Assembly: GCA_027310235.1 (NCBI GenBank)
Contig: DAIDBF010000008.1
Location: 1-40,196, forward strand
Direction: 5' to 3'
From: a bacterium
Lineage (GTDB): Bacteria > Patescibacteriota > Minisyncoccia > UBA6257 > GWB1-50-10
Length of the DNA stretch: 40,196 nucleotides
Below are positions 1 to 9,446 of this stretch, piece after piece. The notes under the pieces were generated by a model. The model was given only the letters and a program-made list of their open reading frames with translations, was not told the origin of the DNA and did no database searches. The position numbers and the translations under genes are program-made. Numbering within the stretch: position 1 is the first letter of the stretch; each line of letters starts with the position of its first letter.

Positions 1-582
1 GCCCGTTACCACGCTCGTACCCATACACACGAAATCCGGCCGTTCCGTCGGCGTTTCGTTTTTCCCGATCCGCTTCTCTTCCACATATTTCGGAACCGGA
101 AACGACTCGCCCGTGAGCGCCGCCTGGTTTACGAAGCAATCCTTCGCTTCGAGCACGCGGGCATCGGCGGGAACCGCGTCGCCGGCGTAGAGCGACACGA
201 CATCTCCCGGCACGATTTCTCTTTGATCGATTTCTTTCTTCTCTCCATCCCGTATCACAGTCGCGGTAGTCGTGACCTTTTCAAGAAGTTTCAAGACGGT
301 CTTCTCGGATTTATAGCTGTTTACAAAATCAAGTATGGCGGAAACGAACACCATAACGATAATAATCACCGCATTCGTGCGCTCTCCCACGAAGAAAGAA
401 ATGACGGAAGTGCCAATAAGCAAAAGAAGGAGAGGACTTCCGAATTTCTGGAGAAATGCGATAAGCGGTCTGAACCGCTTTCTCTTTGCGATGGTATTTT
501 CTCCGAACTTACGCAGCCGATCAACGGCTTCTCTCGAGGAAAGTCCCTGAAACGTTTTGGGTGATCCGTTATTCGACGTCAT
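1..582 (-). CDS. P-type cation-transporting ATPase, MgtA-like (5' part; runs off window start)
   Basis: Not in the ORF track because it is truncated. Manual translation from ATG 582: MTSNNGSPKTFQGLSSREAVDRLRKFGEN...IVPGDVVSLYAGDAVPADAR...NQAALTGESFPV, with the PGD, PAD and TGES actuator motifs. Confidence 0.85.
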   Translation of the reverse strand, partial: MTSNNGSPKTFQGLSSREAVDRLRKFGENTIAKRKRFRPLIAFLQKFGSPLLLLLIGTSVISFFVGERTNAVIIIVMVFVSAILDFVNSYKSEKTVLKLLEKVTTTATVIRDGEKKEIDQREIVPGDVVSLYAGDAVPADARVLEAKDCFVNQAALTGESFPVPKYVEEKRIGKNETPTERPDFVCMGTSVVTG

Positions 583-790
583 CCGAAAGATCCTTCTTTA
601 TCTCCTCGAATTCGTTCTCCACCTTCCTGATTTTTTGCTTCAAGTCCTTTATCAGTTCCGCTCCTTCCTTCACTCGTTTTAATCCTTCTTCGACGTCTAT
701 CTGATCCTGCGCTTCGAACCACTGGACAATTTTCTCGAGTTTCCCGAGTTCCGCGCCAATCTCTTTTTTTTCTTTCTTCGGTTTTTCCAT
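569..790 (-). CDS. xseB: Exodeoxyribonuclease VII small subunit
   Basis: 73 aa, LEKIV..FE...ID.EEGL...EG..L pattern; directly downstream of xseA. Confidence 0.85.
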   Translation of the reverse strand: MEKPKKEKKEIGAELGKLEKIVQWFEAQDQIDVEEGLKRVKEGAELIKDLKQKIRKVENEFEEIKKDLSDDVE

Positions 791-799
791 ATATGATGA

Positions 800-2038
800 T
801 TATCCGTTTTGTTCTATTTGTTCGACTCGCGCCTTGAGGGACCCTTTGTGGAGCCGCACTGCAATCGGCCGCCCTTCGCCCGTATCCGCCGTATCCCGCA
901 CCACGTTCCCCTTCTCATTGAAAATAATACTATATCCGAGGCGTAAATTCCTCTCAGGATCGACTGCGGTGAGATACTGCGCCGTGCGCTTCAGGAATTC
1001 GTTCACTTCCTGGACCCGAAGCGAAAATGCATTCACTATGACGTCTTCAATGATTTTATACCGCGTGATGAGACGCGAAATCTTCTCTAAAAGACGATCG
1101 GTATGGGCGACCACGCGCGATCTCGATTCGTCGAGCGCGCGTTCGAATGAATCAAAAAGCTCGCGTTCAAGATTCGGAAGTCCGAGCATGAGCTTGTCCC
1201 ATGACGCATTCACCGCCATCGCGGCGAATGAGGGCGTCGAGGTCATGACATCCGCGACCAAACTCGCGATAGGAACGTCGCGATCGTGGCCGATCCCCGC
1301 GATCACGGGAATGGACGAGGCGAATATCTCCCGCGCCACGAGTTCGTTGTTGAACGGCTGAAGGTCTTCCAAACTTCCTCCGCCGCGAATCAAAACAATC
1401 ACGTCGCATTCCGGCATTCTCGTATTGAACCATCTGATTCCTTTTATGATATTTCGAGGTGCGGAGGATCCTTCGACCCGCACGTCGAAGAGATGAAGCT
1501 TCATCCCGAGCGGTTTTAAGTTCTTCCTGAAGTCATCGATCACGGCTCCCGTCTTCGAGGTGATGATACCGACTTCCTGTATACACTCCGGGAGTTCACG
1601 TTTCCTTCGGAAAAGTCCCTCCTCCTCCAACTTTTTCTTCAGAAGTTCGTATGCGCGGCGAAGCGACCCTTCCCCGAAAAGCTCAAACTCTTTCACCACA
1701 AAGCTGAATTTGCCTTTTGGTTTATGGATACTGGGATACCCATGAACCTTTACGAGAAGTCCCGCTTCAAGAGAAATTCCTGCCGTACGATAGACGAAAG
1801 GATTTATATAACAATTAAGAACTCCCTCTCCTTCTTTGTCTTTCAAAGTGACATAAACACCAGTTGGATGGGAGTTAAACTCGGAGATTTCTCCTAGCAC
1901 GGTATACTCTTCTCGTTTGAAGATCTCGTTTACGTAGTCGAGAAACTCTCCCACCGAAAAAACGGGCTTGGAGGTTTTTTCTTCGCGTTCTTCTTCCGGA
2001 TTATCGAAAAGAGTGTGTTGTTTTTTTCTTTTTGGCAT
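800..2038 (-). CDS. xseA: Exodeoxyribonuclease VII large subunit
   Basis: OB-fold N-terminus (GEISEF), RGGGSLEDL and GIGHDRD motifs. Confidence 0.95.
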   Translation of the reverse strand: MPKRKKQHTLFDNPEEEREEKTSKPVFSVGEFLDYVNEIFKREEYTVLGEISEFNSHPTGVYVTLKDKEGEGVLNCYINPFVYRTAGISLEAGLLVKVHGYPSIHKPKGKFSFVVKEFELFGEGSLRRAYELLKKKLEEEGLFRRKRELPECIQEVGIITSKTGAVIDDFRKNLKPLGMKLHLFDVRVEGSSAPRNIIKGIRWFNTRMPECDVIVLIRGGGSLEDLQPFNNELVAREIFASSIPVIAGIGHDRDVPIASLVADVMTSTPSFAAMAVNASWDKLMLGLPNLERELFDSFERALDESRSRVVAHTDRLLEKISRLITRYKIIEDVIVNAFSLRVQEVNEFLKRTAQYLTAVDPERNLRLGYSIIFNEKGNVVRDTADTGEGRPIAVRLHKGSLKARVEQIEQNG

Positions 2039-2053
2039 TTACCCAGTATACCA
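2039..2053 (-). promoter_or_regulatory. Extended -10 (TGgTATACT) 6 nt upstream of the xseA ATG; probable leaderless promoter
   Basis: Minus strand reads tggTATACTgggtaaATG. Confidence 0.55.
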
Positions 2054-2084
2054 CCAACTATAAATACCAATAACACCTCCCTAA

Positions 2085-2277
2085 TAAATTCCTTCCCTTC
2101 CGAGTGAGAATAGCGAAACGAGGACACAAATACACGAGTAAGGACGAAGAACACAAGAAATTACGCACTGTCCGAGTCCCTTCAGGTCGAGTTTGCGTAA
2201 TTTCCGTGTGTTCGAGGACGAGCGAGTTGTATCTGTCCGAGTGAAGCTTTTTTCTCACGAGAGAGGGAAAGAATTTA
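2085..2277 (+). repeat. GA-rod element, family R1 copy a (purine/folding strand +); overlaps the dnaJ stop codon
   Basis: Terminal IR taaattccttccct/agggaaagaattta; core gcactgtccgagtcccttcaggtcgagtttgc is homologous to copies at 11299, 25594 and 25899. Confidence 0.85.
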
Positions 2278-3372
2278 TAGCTCCCCCTCCAACTCCTCCA
2301 AAAGTTTCTTTGCTTTTCCCGAAATATGCTTCGGAACGCGAAGATCGAAGGTAATGTAGAGATCGCCGCGGCCCGAGGATCCGAACTTCGGCATTCCGCG
2401 ATGCGGTATCTTCATCTTCTCCTGAAGCGAGAATCCGCGCGGAATCGCCACCGTGAACTTCTCTCCGCTTATGTCTCCAAGTTCCATTTCTTTCTCAAGA
2501 AGCACATCCTGAACTCGCACTTCTTTTATGAGGTACAGATCGGATTTTCTCCTCGTAAAATGCGGATGGGGTTTTACTCTGACTACGACATAACAATCGC
2601 CATTCCCCCCGCCACGTTCACCCGTTTCTCCCATGCCCGTCACCTTTATCACTTGTCCGTCCTCAACGCCGGGCGCGATCGAGAAGTGCACGACTCTTGC
2701 GCCGAACACCCGGCCCTTCCCTTTGCAGGAAGCACACGGCGCATTCGGAACCTTTCCCGATCCGAAGCAGTCGGGACATTGCTGGACTTGGGCGAACTGA
2801 CCGAAAAACGTCCTCCGTTCGACGCGTATCTCGCCGCGTCCGCCGCACTTCGTACAGTCCTTCTGGCCTTTTTCTTTCGCATACCCGAGCCCCTTGCACG
2901 TCTCGCAGAGCACGTTCGTCTTGAAACTCACTTCCCGCGTGATCCCGTGAAACGCCTCCTCAAGCGAGATGTCCTGCACGATCTCGACGTCTGCGCCCTG
3001 GGTATACGTGTGCCGCTTCCTTCCTCCTCCACCGAACTGCTCGAAGATGCTCTCAAAAATGTCGTTCATATCGACTCCTTCTCCCGCATTCCATCTGAAA
3101 CCGCTTCCCCCGAAATCTACCCCTTCAAACGGATTTCCTCCTCCCGGCATTCCTCCTCCCTCGAACACTCTTCCGAACTGATCGTACTGGGTCTTTTTTT
3201 CCTTATTGCCGAGCACCTGATATGCTTCGTTCACTTCTTTAAATTTCTTCTCGTCTCCCCCCTGCTTGTCCGGATGGTATTGGTGTGCCAGTTTCCGGTA
3301 TGCCTTTTTTATCTCATCTTCGGAGGCACCCTTCGAAACGCCGAGTACTTTGTAGTAATCTTTCGATTCCAT
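2275..3372 (-). CDS. dnaJ: Chaperone DnaJ
   Basis: J-domain HPD, G/F region, four CxxCxGxG repeats. Confidence 0.97.
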   Translation of the reverse strand: MESKDYYKVLGVSKGASEDEIKKAYRKLAHQYHPDKQGGDEKKFKEVNEAYQVLGNKEKKTQYDQFGRVFEGGGMPGGGNPFEGVDFGGSGFRWNAGEGVDMNDIFESIFEQFGGGGRKRHTYTQGADVEIVQDISLEEAFHGITREVSFKTNVLCETCKGLGYAKEKGQKDCTKCGGRGEIRVERRTFFGQFAQVQQCPDCFGSGKVPNAPCASCKGKGRVFGARVVHFSIAPGVEDGQVIKVTGMGETGERGGGNGDCYVVVRVKPHPHFTRRKSDLYLIKEVRVQDVLLEKEMELGDISGEKFTVAIPRGFSLQEKMKIPHRGMPKFGSSGRGDLYITFDLRVPKHISGKAKKLLEELEGEL

Positions 3373-3387
3373 AACGATTCTTGAAAA

Positions 3388-4452
3388 TTAAGGAAGGATG
3401 GGAAACCTTCTGGTTCTCGTCTCAACGCTCATGACCGCAAATCCCGTCACGAGGCATAGTTTGAAAAAGATGAATCCGAGAAGTCCGATGAGCCAGTAGA
3501 GAAGCACCGCCACACCTTTGATGGAGAGAAAGAACAGTACGATCGCCGCAACGGAGAGTATGCCGCTCGCCGCAGTTCCCATCTTCCCGATATACTCTTT
3601 TCCGAGATCATAAAGAAGCGTATTTACCGACTCGTTCCTGTTGACGTCTCCGAACTGCGCCACGAACGCGGCGTTCGCCTGCTGTTTTGCCTGACTGAAA
3701 TACAATTCTTGTTGTTTCGGCGGGAGTTCACGAAATCCGATCTGCTGCGTATGTCCCCCCGTCTCCGCCACGGTGAAATTCGTTCGCTCGAGCTCTCCTC
3801 TTACCAATGTATCGATGAAGGTCTGGACCGACATTCCGAACGAGACATTCGGAATCCAGAGATGTACTACCGGCTCCGCGGTCGAAGTGACGCTCTGAAG
3901 CATCGCTCTTCCCAGCGTATCCGTAAAGTTACCCCATACGAAATAATTCAGGTAGAGCAGCAGGGAAATGAATATAAGGAATCCGCTCGTAAGCTTCGGA
4001 AGCACATTTTTCGAGACGGAAAAAAACTGCGGTTCGATGCTGTTCTCGACCGTATTTCTTCCCCGTCTGATCGCAGTACCGATAAAAAGAAAAGCGAGGA
4101 TTGCCGCCACAAGAAGATACGGAAGCGTCACGGAATCGAAGTGAGTCCGAAACACGGCAAGCGGAACAAGTATCTCGCAGAGTGTGATGGAAAAGAGCTT
4201 CCATGATCCTTTCACGAAAAAAATCTGGACAAGCTTCAGCGCCCAAAAAAGAAGTGTTGCGACCACGAACGTCCAGAAATAGGGGGGACTCGGACTCGCG
4301 GAGAAATTCATAAACCCGGAAACCGCCGCGGCGCTCGCCGCGACGCCGAGAAGCCCCAGAAGAAGCATCTTCCAGGCGCTTCTATCCGTTTCCGGCTCCC
4401 GCCGTTCACTGATTATTTCCAGGTTCGGGTTGTGAGGAAGGTTCGGCTCCAT
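3388..4452 (-). CDS. Hypothetical multi-pass membrane protein within the dnaK operon
   Basis: 354 aa with several hydrophobic segments; overlaps the dnaK 3' end by 47 nt and ends 15 nt before dnaJ. Confidence 0.75.
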   Translation of the reverse strand: MEPNLPHNPNLEIISERREPETDRSAWKMLLLGLLGVAASAAAVSGFMNFSASPSPPYFWTFVVATLLFWALKLVQIFFVKGSWKLFSITLCEILVPLAVFRTHFDSVTLPYLLVAAILAFLFIGTAIRRGRNTVENSIEPQFFSVSKNVLPKLTSGFLIFISLLLYLNYFVWGNFTDTLGRAMLQSVTSTAEPVVHLWIPNVSFGMSVQTFIDTLVRGELERTNFTVAETGGHTQQIGFRELPPKQQELYFSQAKQQANAAFVAQFGDVNRNESVNTLLYDLGKEYIGKMGTAASGILSVAAIVLFFLSIKGVAVLLYWLIGLLGFIFFKLCLVTGFAVMSVETRTRRFPILP

Positions 4453-6316
4453 TGTTTTTATTATAGAGGGACTCGCCTATCTTTTGAAGCGCCGAGGAGA
4501 GATCAGTTGAGGCGCTTGTAATGGCTTCTTTGTCTTCTCCCTGCTTCACTTCATTGAGACGTGCGATTTTTTCCGTTATATCCTTCTTCATGTCTTCCGT
4601 TACTTTATCCCCGAGATCGCGCAAGCTCTTCTCCGCCGTATAGACGAGCGCTTCCGCCTGGTTCCGTAACTCGATCAGCTCTTTCTTTTTTTCATCTTCC
4701 GTCGCGTGTTCGGCGGCTTCTTTCTTCAAACGTTCCACCTCGTCTTTACTCAAGCTCGTCGAGGCCTCGATGCGCACCGATTGCTCCTTTCCGGACGCTT
4801 TGTCTTTCGCGGAGACGGTAAGAATCCCGTTTGCGTCGATGTCGAAGGTCACTTCGATCTGCGGCACGCCGCGCGGTGAGGGAGGAATGCCGTCCAAAAT
4901 GAAGCGCGCAAGCGTTTTCACGTCCGCCATCATCGGACGTTCTCCTTGGCCGATATGTACCTCGACGGACGTCTGATTGTCGGCCGCGGTCGAAAATACC
5001 TGGGTCTTCGAAGTCGGAATCGTCGTATTCTTCTGAATCATGGGCGTCGCAACGCCGCCATAGGTCTCAATGCTCAAGGTAAGCGGCGTTACATCAAGAA
5101 GAAGGATGTCCTTCACCTCGCCTTCGGTTTTACGTCCCTCTTTCTTCGCAAGAAGAATCTCGCCTTGGATGCCGGCGCCGATTGCCACCACTTCATCCGG
5201 ATTGATACCCTGATGCGGTTCTTTGCCGAAAAGTTTGCGTACGGCCTCCTGAATCGCCGGCATTCTTGTCTGGCCGCCGACCAGAATAACCTCGTTGATA
5301 TCCGAGAGCTTGAATCCGGCACCCTTCGGCGGCGCCGTCGTCACGGTATCTTTCGTAAGCTGGATCGAGTGATCGATGTACTCCTGCACCAGCGATTCGA
5401 GTTTCGCCCGCGTGAGTTTCAGGAGAAAATGTTTCGGACCGGAAGCGTCGGAAGTGACATACGGGAGATTGACCTCCGTTTCAAGCGCGGTCGAGAGCTC
5501 GTGTTTCGCCCGTTCCGCAGCTTCCTTGAGACGCTGTAATGCGAGCGTATCTTTCGATAGGTCCACTCCTTCCTGTTTTTTATACTCCTGCACGAGATAC
5601 TCGATGATCGTTCGGTCGAAATCGTCGCCGCCCAAGTGCGTGTCGCCTCCGGTCGCTTTCACTTCAACGGTCTGTTCCTTGGTTTCAGGGTCATAACTCA
5701 TCTCGAGCACCGATATGTCAAACGTACCGCCGCCGAAGTCATATACAACGATCTTCTGGTCTTTTTCCTTGCCGAGTCCGTATGCGAACGCCGCCGCAGT
5801 CGGTTCATTGATAATACGATCAACCTTGAGCCCCGCGATCTCGCCGGCGTTTTTAGTCGCTTGGCGCTGACTGTCGTCGAAATACGCCGGAACGGTAATA
5901 ACCGCTTCGTCTATCTTCCCCCCGAGCTTCGCCTCCGCATCCGCTTTGATTTTCTGGAGCACCATCGCCGAGATTTCTTCAGGTTTGTACCACCGATCGC
6001 CCATTTGTATCTCCACTCCGCCGGTTTCGCTTTTTCTGATTTCGTACGGAAGCCATTTTTTATCGCGCTGGACCTCGGCATCTTCCCACTTGCGCCCGAT
6101 GAGCCGCTTTACCGAGTAGATGGTGTTTTTCGGATTCACGACCGCCTGTCGCTTGGCCAAAACTCCCACAAGACGCTCGCTCGCCTTGCTTAACGCGACG
6201 ATAGACGGGGTCGTTCTCGCCCCTTCGCTGTTCTCGAGAACCTTCGGCTCTCCCCCGTCCATTACGGACGCGGCCGAGTTCGTAGTTCCCAAATCGATTC
6301 CTAAAATTTTTGCCAT
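4406..6316 (-). CDS. dnaK: Chaperone DnaK (Hsp70)
   Basis: [17 protein letters not shown] and LVGGQTRMP motifs. Confidence 0.98.
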   Translation of the reverse strand: MAKILGIDLGTTNSAASVMDGGEPKVLENSEGARTTPSIVALSKASERLVGVLAKRQAVVNPKNTIYSVKRLIGRKWEDAEVQRDKKWLPYEIRKSETGGVEIQMGDRWYKPEEISAMVLQKIKADAEAKLGGKIDEAVITVPAYFDDSQRQATKNAGEIAGLKVDRIINEPTAAAFAYGLGKEKDQKIVVYDFGGGTFDISVLEMSYDPETKEQTVEVKATGGDTHLGGDDFDRTIIEYLVQEYKKQEGVDLSKDTLALQRLKEAAERAKHELSTALETEVNLPYVTSDASGPKHFLLKLTRAKLESLVQEYIDHSIQLTKDTVTTAPPKGAGFKLSDINEVILVGGQTRMPAIQEAVRKLFGKEPHQGINPDEVVAIGAGIQGEILLAKKEGRKTEGEVKDILLLDVTPLTLSIETYGGVATPMIQKNTTIPTSKTQVFSTAADNQTSVEVHIGQGERPMMADVKTLARFILDGIPPSPRGVPQIEVTFDIDANGILTVSAKDKASGKEQSVRIEASTSLSKDEVERLKKEAAEHATEDEKKKELIELRNQAEALVYTAEKSLRDLGDKVTEDMKKDITEKIARLNEVKQGEDKEAITSASTDLSSALQKIGESLYNKNNGAEPSSQPEPGNNQ

Positions 6317-6350
6317 AGTTTTTGTAATAGTATTGCTGACCTTTTTTTTG

Positions 6351-6869
6351 TTATGATTCGCCTTTTATTTTTACCAGTACGACCCGCGCCGGACGCATTG
6401 TTTTTCCATGAAGCAGGTACCCTTTCGTTACCTCTTCCGCAATTGATCCCGGCGGCCCCTCCGCTTCGACCTCTCCAATCGCTTCCGCGATCTCCGGATT
6501 GAACGGATCACCCGGATGCATAGGTATCGCCTCCACTCCGTATCTTTTCATCGTATCGTAAAGCTGATTTCTCACGAGCGTCATCCCCTTCTTCGAAACG
6601 TCATCTTCGCGCATCGCGGAGAGACCAAGCTCGAAGCCATCGAGAATCACGATCAGATCGAAAAGGAGCGCTTCGTTGCTCCGCTTTGCGAAATATTCCA
6701 TCCGCTCCGCTTCCTCTTTCTTATAATTCGAGAGGTCCGCCTTCGCCCGCTTCCATCCATCGAGATATTCGTCCCGCAATCGTTCGGCTTCAAGAAGATC
6801 GGCACGCATCCCGGCGTCGCCTGGCTTTTGGATATTATTTTCTTCTTCTTTTTTTGTCTCCTCCTCCAT
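6351..6869 (-). CDS. grpE: Nucleotide exchange factor GrpE
   Basis: [32 protein letters not shown]; synteny with dnaK. Confidence 0.95.
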   Translation of the reverse strand: MEEETKKEEENNIQKPGDAGMRADLLEAERLRDEYLDGWKRAKADLSNYKKEEAERMEYFAKRSNEALLFDLIVILDGFELGLSAMREDDVSKKGMTLVRNQLYDTMKRYGVEAIPMHPGDPFNPEIAEAIGEVEAEGPPGSIAEEVTKGYLLHGKTMRPARVVLVKIKGES

Positions 6870-6924
6870 ATTATTTAAATGTTACACTTGCTTCCGGTTG
6901 TTATCTTCTCATTTCTTAATTCTC

Positions 6925-7623
6925 TTATTCCAACGACTTTTCGAAAAACCTGAATGCCCGAATGGGTTTTGCATAATCCATCCGCTTCGGTCCGATTGCA
7001 AGCAGTAAAAAATCGCCGTCATCGCACTTTAGACAGGAGGCGACGACCGCGACGTGCGCGCTTTTGGTAAAGGGGCTCTTACCGATAAATACCCGGGGCC
7101 ACGAACGCTCTTCCTCCCACCAGGAACGGAGTTCCTGAACGCGCGAAGGGATGGATTCGAAGTCGTTCACGATCTGGATCATCTCGTTCGTAGTAATCGC
7201 ATCGTCCTGAAGACGGCTCAAAAGTTCATGAAGTCCGCTCTCATACACCTCGTCGCGCTCCGGTTCGTATCCCACGCTTAAACCCCCGAACCGTTCGGCA
7301 AGATCTTCCACGAACGTGCGTCGGGCTCCTTTTTTAAAATCATCGAGTACGTCTTCGAATCCGTGGGTACTCCGCGCTTCTTCTTCCTGAAGTGTCCGCT
7401 CGGTGAAAAAACGATAGGCCTTGTCCGAGGGTATTCTTCCGCCCGAAGGATGACGCTGGAAGAAGTATCCCGCCCCACTCAGCTCGTTAAGCTCCCAGCG
7501 TATCATCGCCGGCTTGATGCCGAAATCATATGCCTCGTAGAGGGACTCCGAGGTGACGGGCTTTCCCGTTTTCACGAACTCGCGGATTGCCGTCTCAAGA
7601 ATTGCCTGCGTCCGTTCCTGCAT
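6925..7623 (-). CDS. hrcA: Heat-inducible transcription repressor HrcA (compact form)
   Basis: wHTH with PVTS and HPSGGRIPSDKAYR, C-terminal IGPKRMDY; CIRCE upstream. Confidence 0.92.
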   Translation of the reverse strand: MQERTQAILETAIREFVKTGKPVTSESLYEAYDFGIKPAMIRWELNELSGAGYFFQRHPSGGRIPSDKAYRFFTERTLQEEEARSTHGFEDVLDDFKKGARRTFVEDLAERFGGLSVGYEPERDEVYESGLHELLSRLQDDAITTNEMIQIVNDFESIPSRVQELRSWWEEERSWPRVFIGKSPFTKSAHVAVVASCLKCDDGDFLLLAIGPKRMDYAKPIRAFRFFEKSLE

Positions 7624-7631
7624 ATAGGTAC

Positions 7632-7668
7632 AGTATAGAAATTAGCACTCAAGCGTGTCAAGTGCTAA
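7632..7668 (-). promoter_or_regulatory. CIRCE operator overlapping a sigma70-type promoter of the hrcA operon
   Basis: TTAGCACTC-N9-AAGTGCTAA at 7642-7668 (1 mismatch to consensus); minus strand TTGACA-18 nt-TATACT-8 nt-ATG. Confidence 0.9.
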
Positions 7669-7673
7669 AGTGG

Positions 7674-7829
7674 TCATCAGGATTTCTTCTTGGTACTCCC
7701 GCACCGGGTGTCGGAATGCTCCAGCGGCATTCCGCACCCTACGCTCTCGGCTCGCGACCCGCCTTCCGGCGGGGCCAAGCTCGCTTCGCCTGCGAGAGTG
7801 GCGGTCATACCAAAAAGAAATCTTGATGA
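7674..7829. repeat. Multi-branched palindromic element
   Basis: 22-bp terminal IR (20/22) tcatcaggatttcttcttggta/taccaaaaagaaatcttgatga enclosing internal hairpins (cggaatgc/gcattccg; cccgcc/ggcggg). Confidence 0.7.
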
Positions 7830-7867
7830 AATGGGAGTTCTCCTGTTCTATACTTTATGCATCGAGT

Positions 7868-8422
7868 ATGAGAATGGTTTTATTGCTCCCCGGATGGCTG
7901 GAATCGCTCAAGATGTACGGGGGCGACGCCAATCTTGAGATTTGTATAGACGCGTTGGATGAACGCTCCGCCTCCGCCGATTACATTATCGGCGTAAGCT
8001 TGGGTGCTTTGGTTGCCCCCAAAAATATAAATCGTATATCGGGGAAAATAATCTTAGTCAATCCTCCCCTTCCAAAAAGAAGTATCTTTACTTGGTTCGT
8101 AAATTGGCTGCGATTTTTGATAACCGAAGGTTTACTTCCCGAAAGACAGAGGTTTACGAGAAACCCGATTATATTCATCGCTACCCTCGTGGATTGCATA
8201 AAACTCCTCACTACCGACTTTTCGAAAAGTTTCGACTAGCTTCCAAAAGAAAAACTAAAAGTAATCCGAGGGAAAAACGATCGGTTCTTTTGCGATCAAG
8301 ACGCGGTGAAATTTCTGAACGCAAAGAACATACCATGTATCGAGGTTAATGGAGGACACAACTGGTCCGAGGATATAGAAAAAACAATAGCCACCCTAAC
8401 GGACGTGAAAGAGAGTTCTTAG
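7868..8422 (+). pseudogene. Alpha/beta-hydrolase-fold protein interrupted by an in-frame TAG at 8237-8239
   Basis: N-part has LPGW and IGVSLG; the same frame continues after TAG with IRGKNDRF and GGHNW until TAG 8420-8422. Confidence 0.7.
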
Positions 8423-8437
8423 ACGAAGGAACTAACA

Positions 8438-8614
8438 GGCAATTATTATCCCTCGAGTGAACATTTGCCGGAGGGCGTCTGCACATTTCCGAGCGGTTTG
8501 CGCCGCCGAGCCAGGACCCCCGCCCTTAGGCGAGTCGGGTGGCGAGGAGCAACAAAGCGAGGTTGAATGTGCAACGCCAGGAGGTATTTGTGAACGAGAG
8601 GGATAATGATTGCC
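8438..8614 (+). repeat. GA-rod element, family R2 copy a
   Basis: Terminal IR ggcaattattatccct/agggataatgattgcc; homologous to 11561-11738 (shared cgccgagccagg, gggtggcgaggagc, aaagcgaggt, tgtgaacgagagg). Confidence 0.85.
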
Positions 8615-8616
8615 CC

Positions 8617-9411
8617 TTACGGGCACGCGGCGGAACTCGTTGCAATCGCTCCCGCGTTCGTCAATGTCATTAGGAGACACGAACCGCTCGGCGTTACGAA
8701 GACAACTCCGTATGTGGATGCGGAGAAACCGATGTTTCCGTAGGACTTTAATACCGTCGCTCCCGCGACTCCCGTCCCGAAAGTAGTCAATCCGTTCACA
8801 TTTAATGTTCCGCTGAAATATCCGTTTCTCCACTGGTTTGTGGCTGTACCCAAATCAAGCGTACCATTCGAAGCGGGATAGACCGACGAGTCGAACTGCG
8901 CCGCGGAGACGCGCGCAACGGAGGTTTCCAAGGAACGCGTAAGCTGCGCCGCCGGATTCCCAGCATTGTAGCTCATCGAGAGATCAAGCTGCACGATCGC
9001 CGTTCCTCCTGGATTCTGATAGGGCGTCACGGTAAAACCGGTTACCGTCACGTTGGAGTCCGTAAGCGCGACGGGGTTCGATGATCCTTGCTGCAGATAC
9101 ACTGTCGTGCCGCTTAAATACATCAGCGTGGGATCATTCGTAGAAGTGGCCATACGAAGACGAAGTGTCGAGGTCGGCGTTCCAAAGGTCATATCTATCA
9201 AGCTTGAGTTTTGCACCATCTGCTTTAAGGTGTCTCCCACAAACCCTATCTGACGGTTTACTTCTCCTGTTGACCCCTGTCTTGTCTGAATTTTCGTGAT
9301 GGTGGTCAGAATCGCAACTAGAAAAATCGCGCTCACCGTGAAGATGGCGATATAAATAATAAGCTCAACGAGCGAAAAACCCTCCCGCCTGGAAACAAAC
9401 TTCTTTTGCAT
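8617..9411 (-). CDS. Prepilin-type N-terminal cleavage/methylation protein (type IV minor pilin-like)
   Basis: G|FSLVEL class III signal followed by a hydrophobic helix; likely start MQKKF at 9411. Confidence 0.85.
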   Translation of the reverse strand: MQKKFVSRREGFSLVELIIYIAIFTVSAIFLVAILTTITKIQTRQGSTGEVNRQIGFVGDTLKQMVQNSSLIDMTFGTPTSTLRLRMATSTNDPTLMYLSGTTVYLQQGSSNPVALTDSNVTVTGFTVTPYQNPGGTAIVQLDLSMSYNAGNPAAQLTRSLETSVARVSAAQFDSSVYPASNGTLDLGTATNQWRNGYFSGTLNVNGLTTFGTGVAGATVLKSYGNIGFSASTYGVVFVTPSGSCLLMTLTNAGAIATSSAACP

Positions 9412-9430
9412 ACGTTTTCCCTCTTTCTTG

Positions 9431-9446
9431 TAGTATAATACCACAA
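9431..9446. promoter_or_regulatory. Overlapping divergent -10 elements in a 35-bp intergenic gap
   Basis: TATAAT (+, 9434-9439, 7 nt before ATG 9447) overlaps TATACT (-, 9432-9437). Confidence 0.5.

Noticed and set aside
2326..3384. Long antisense ORFs (also 17775-19064, 21069-21932, 28395-29234, 36589-37368 and others)
   Set aside because: Shadows of well-supported genes on the opposite strand; no recognisable motifs
8237..8239. Alternative genetic code
   Set aside because: TAG and TGA both terminate conserved genes at expected positions in this window
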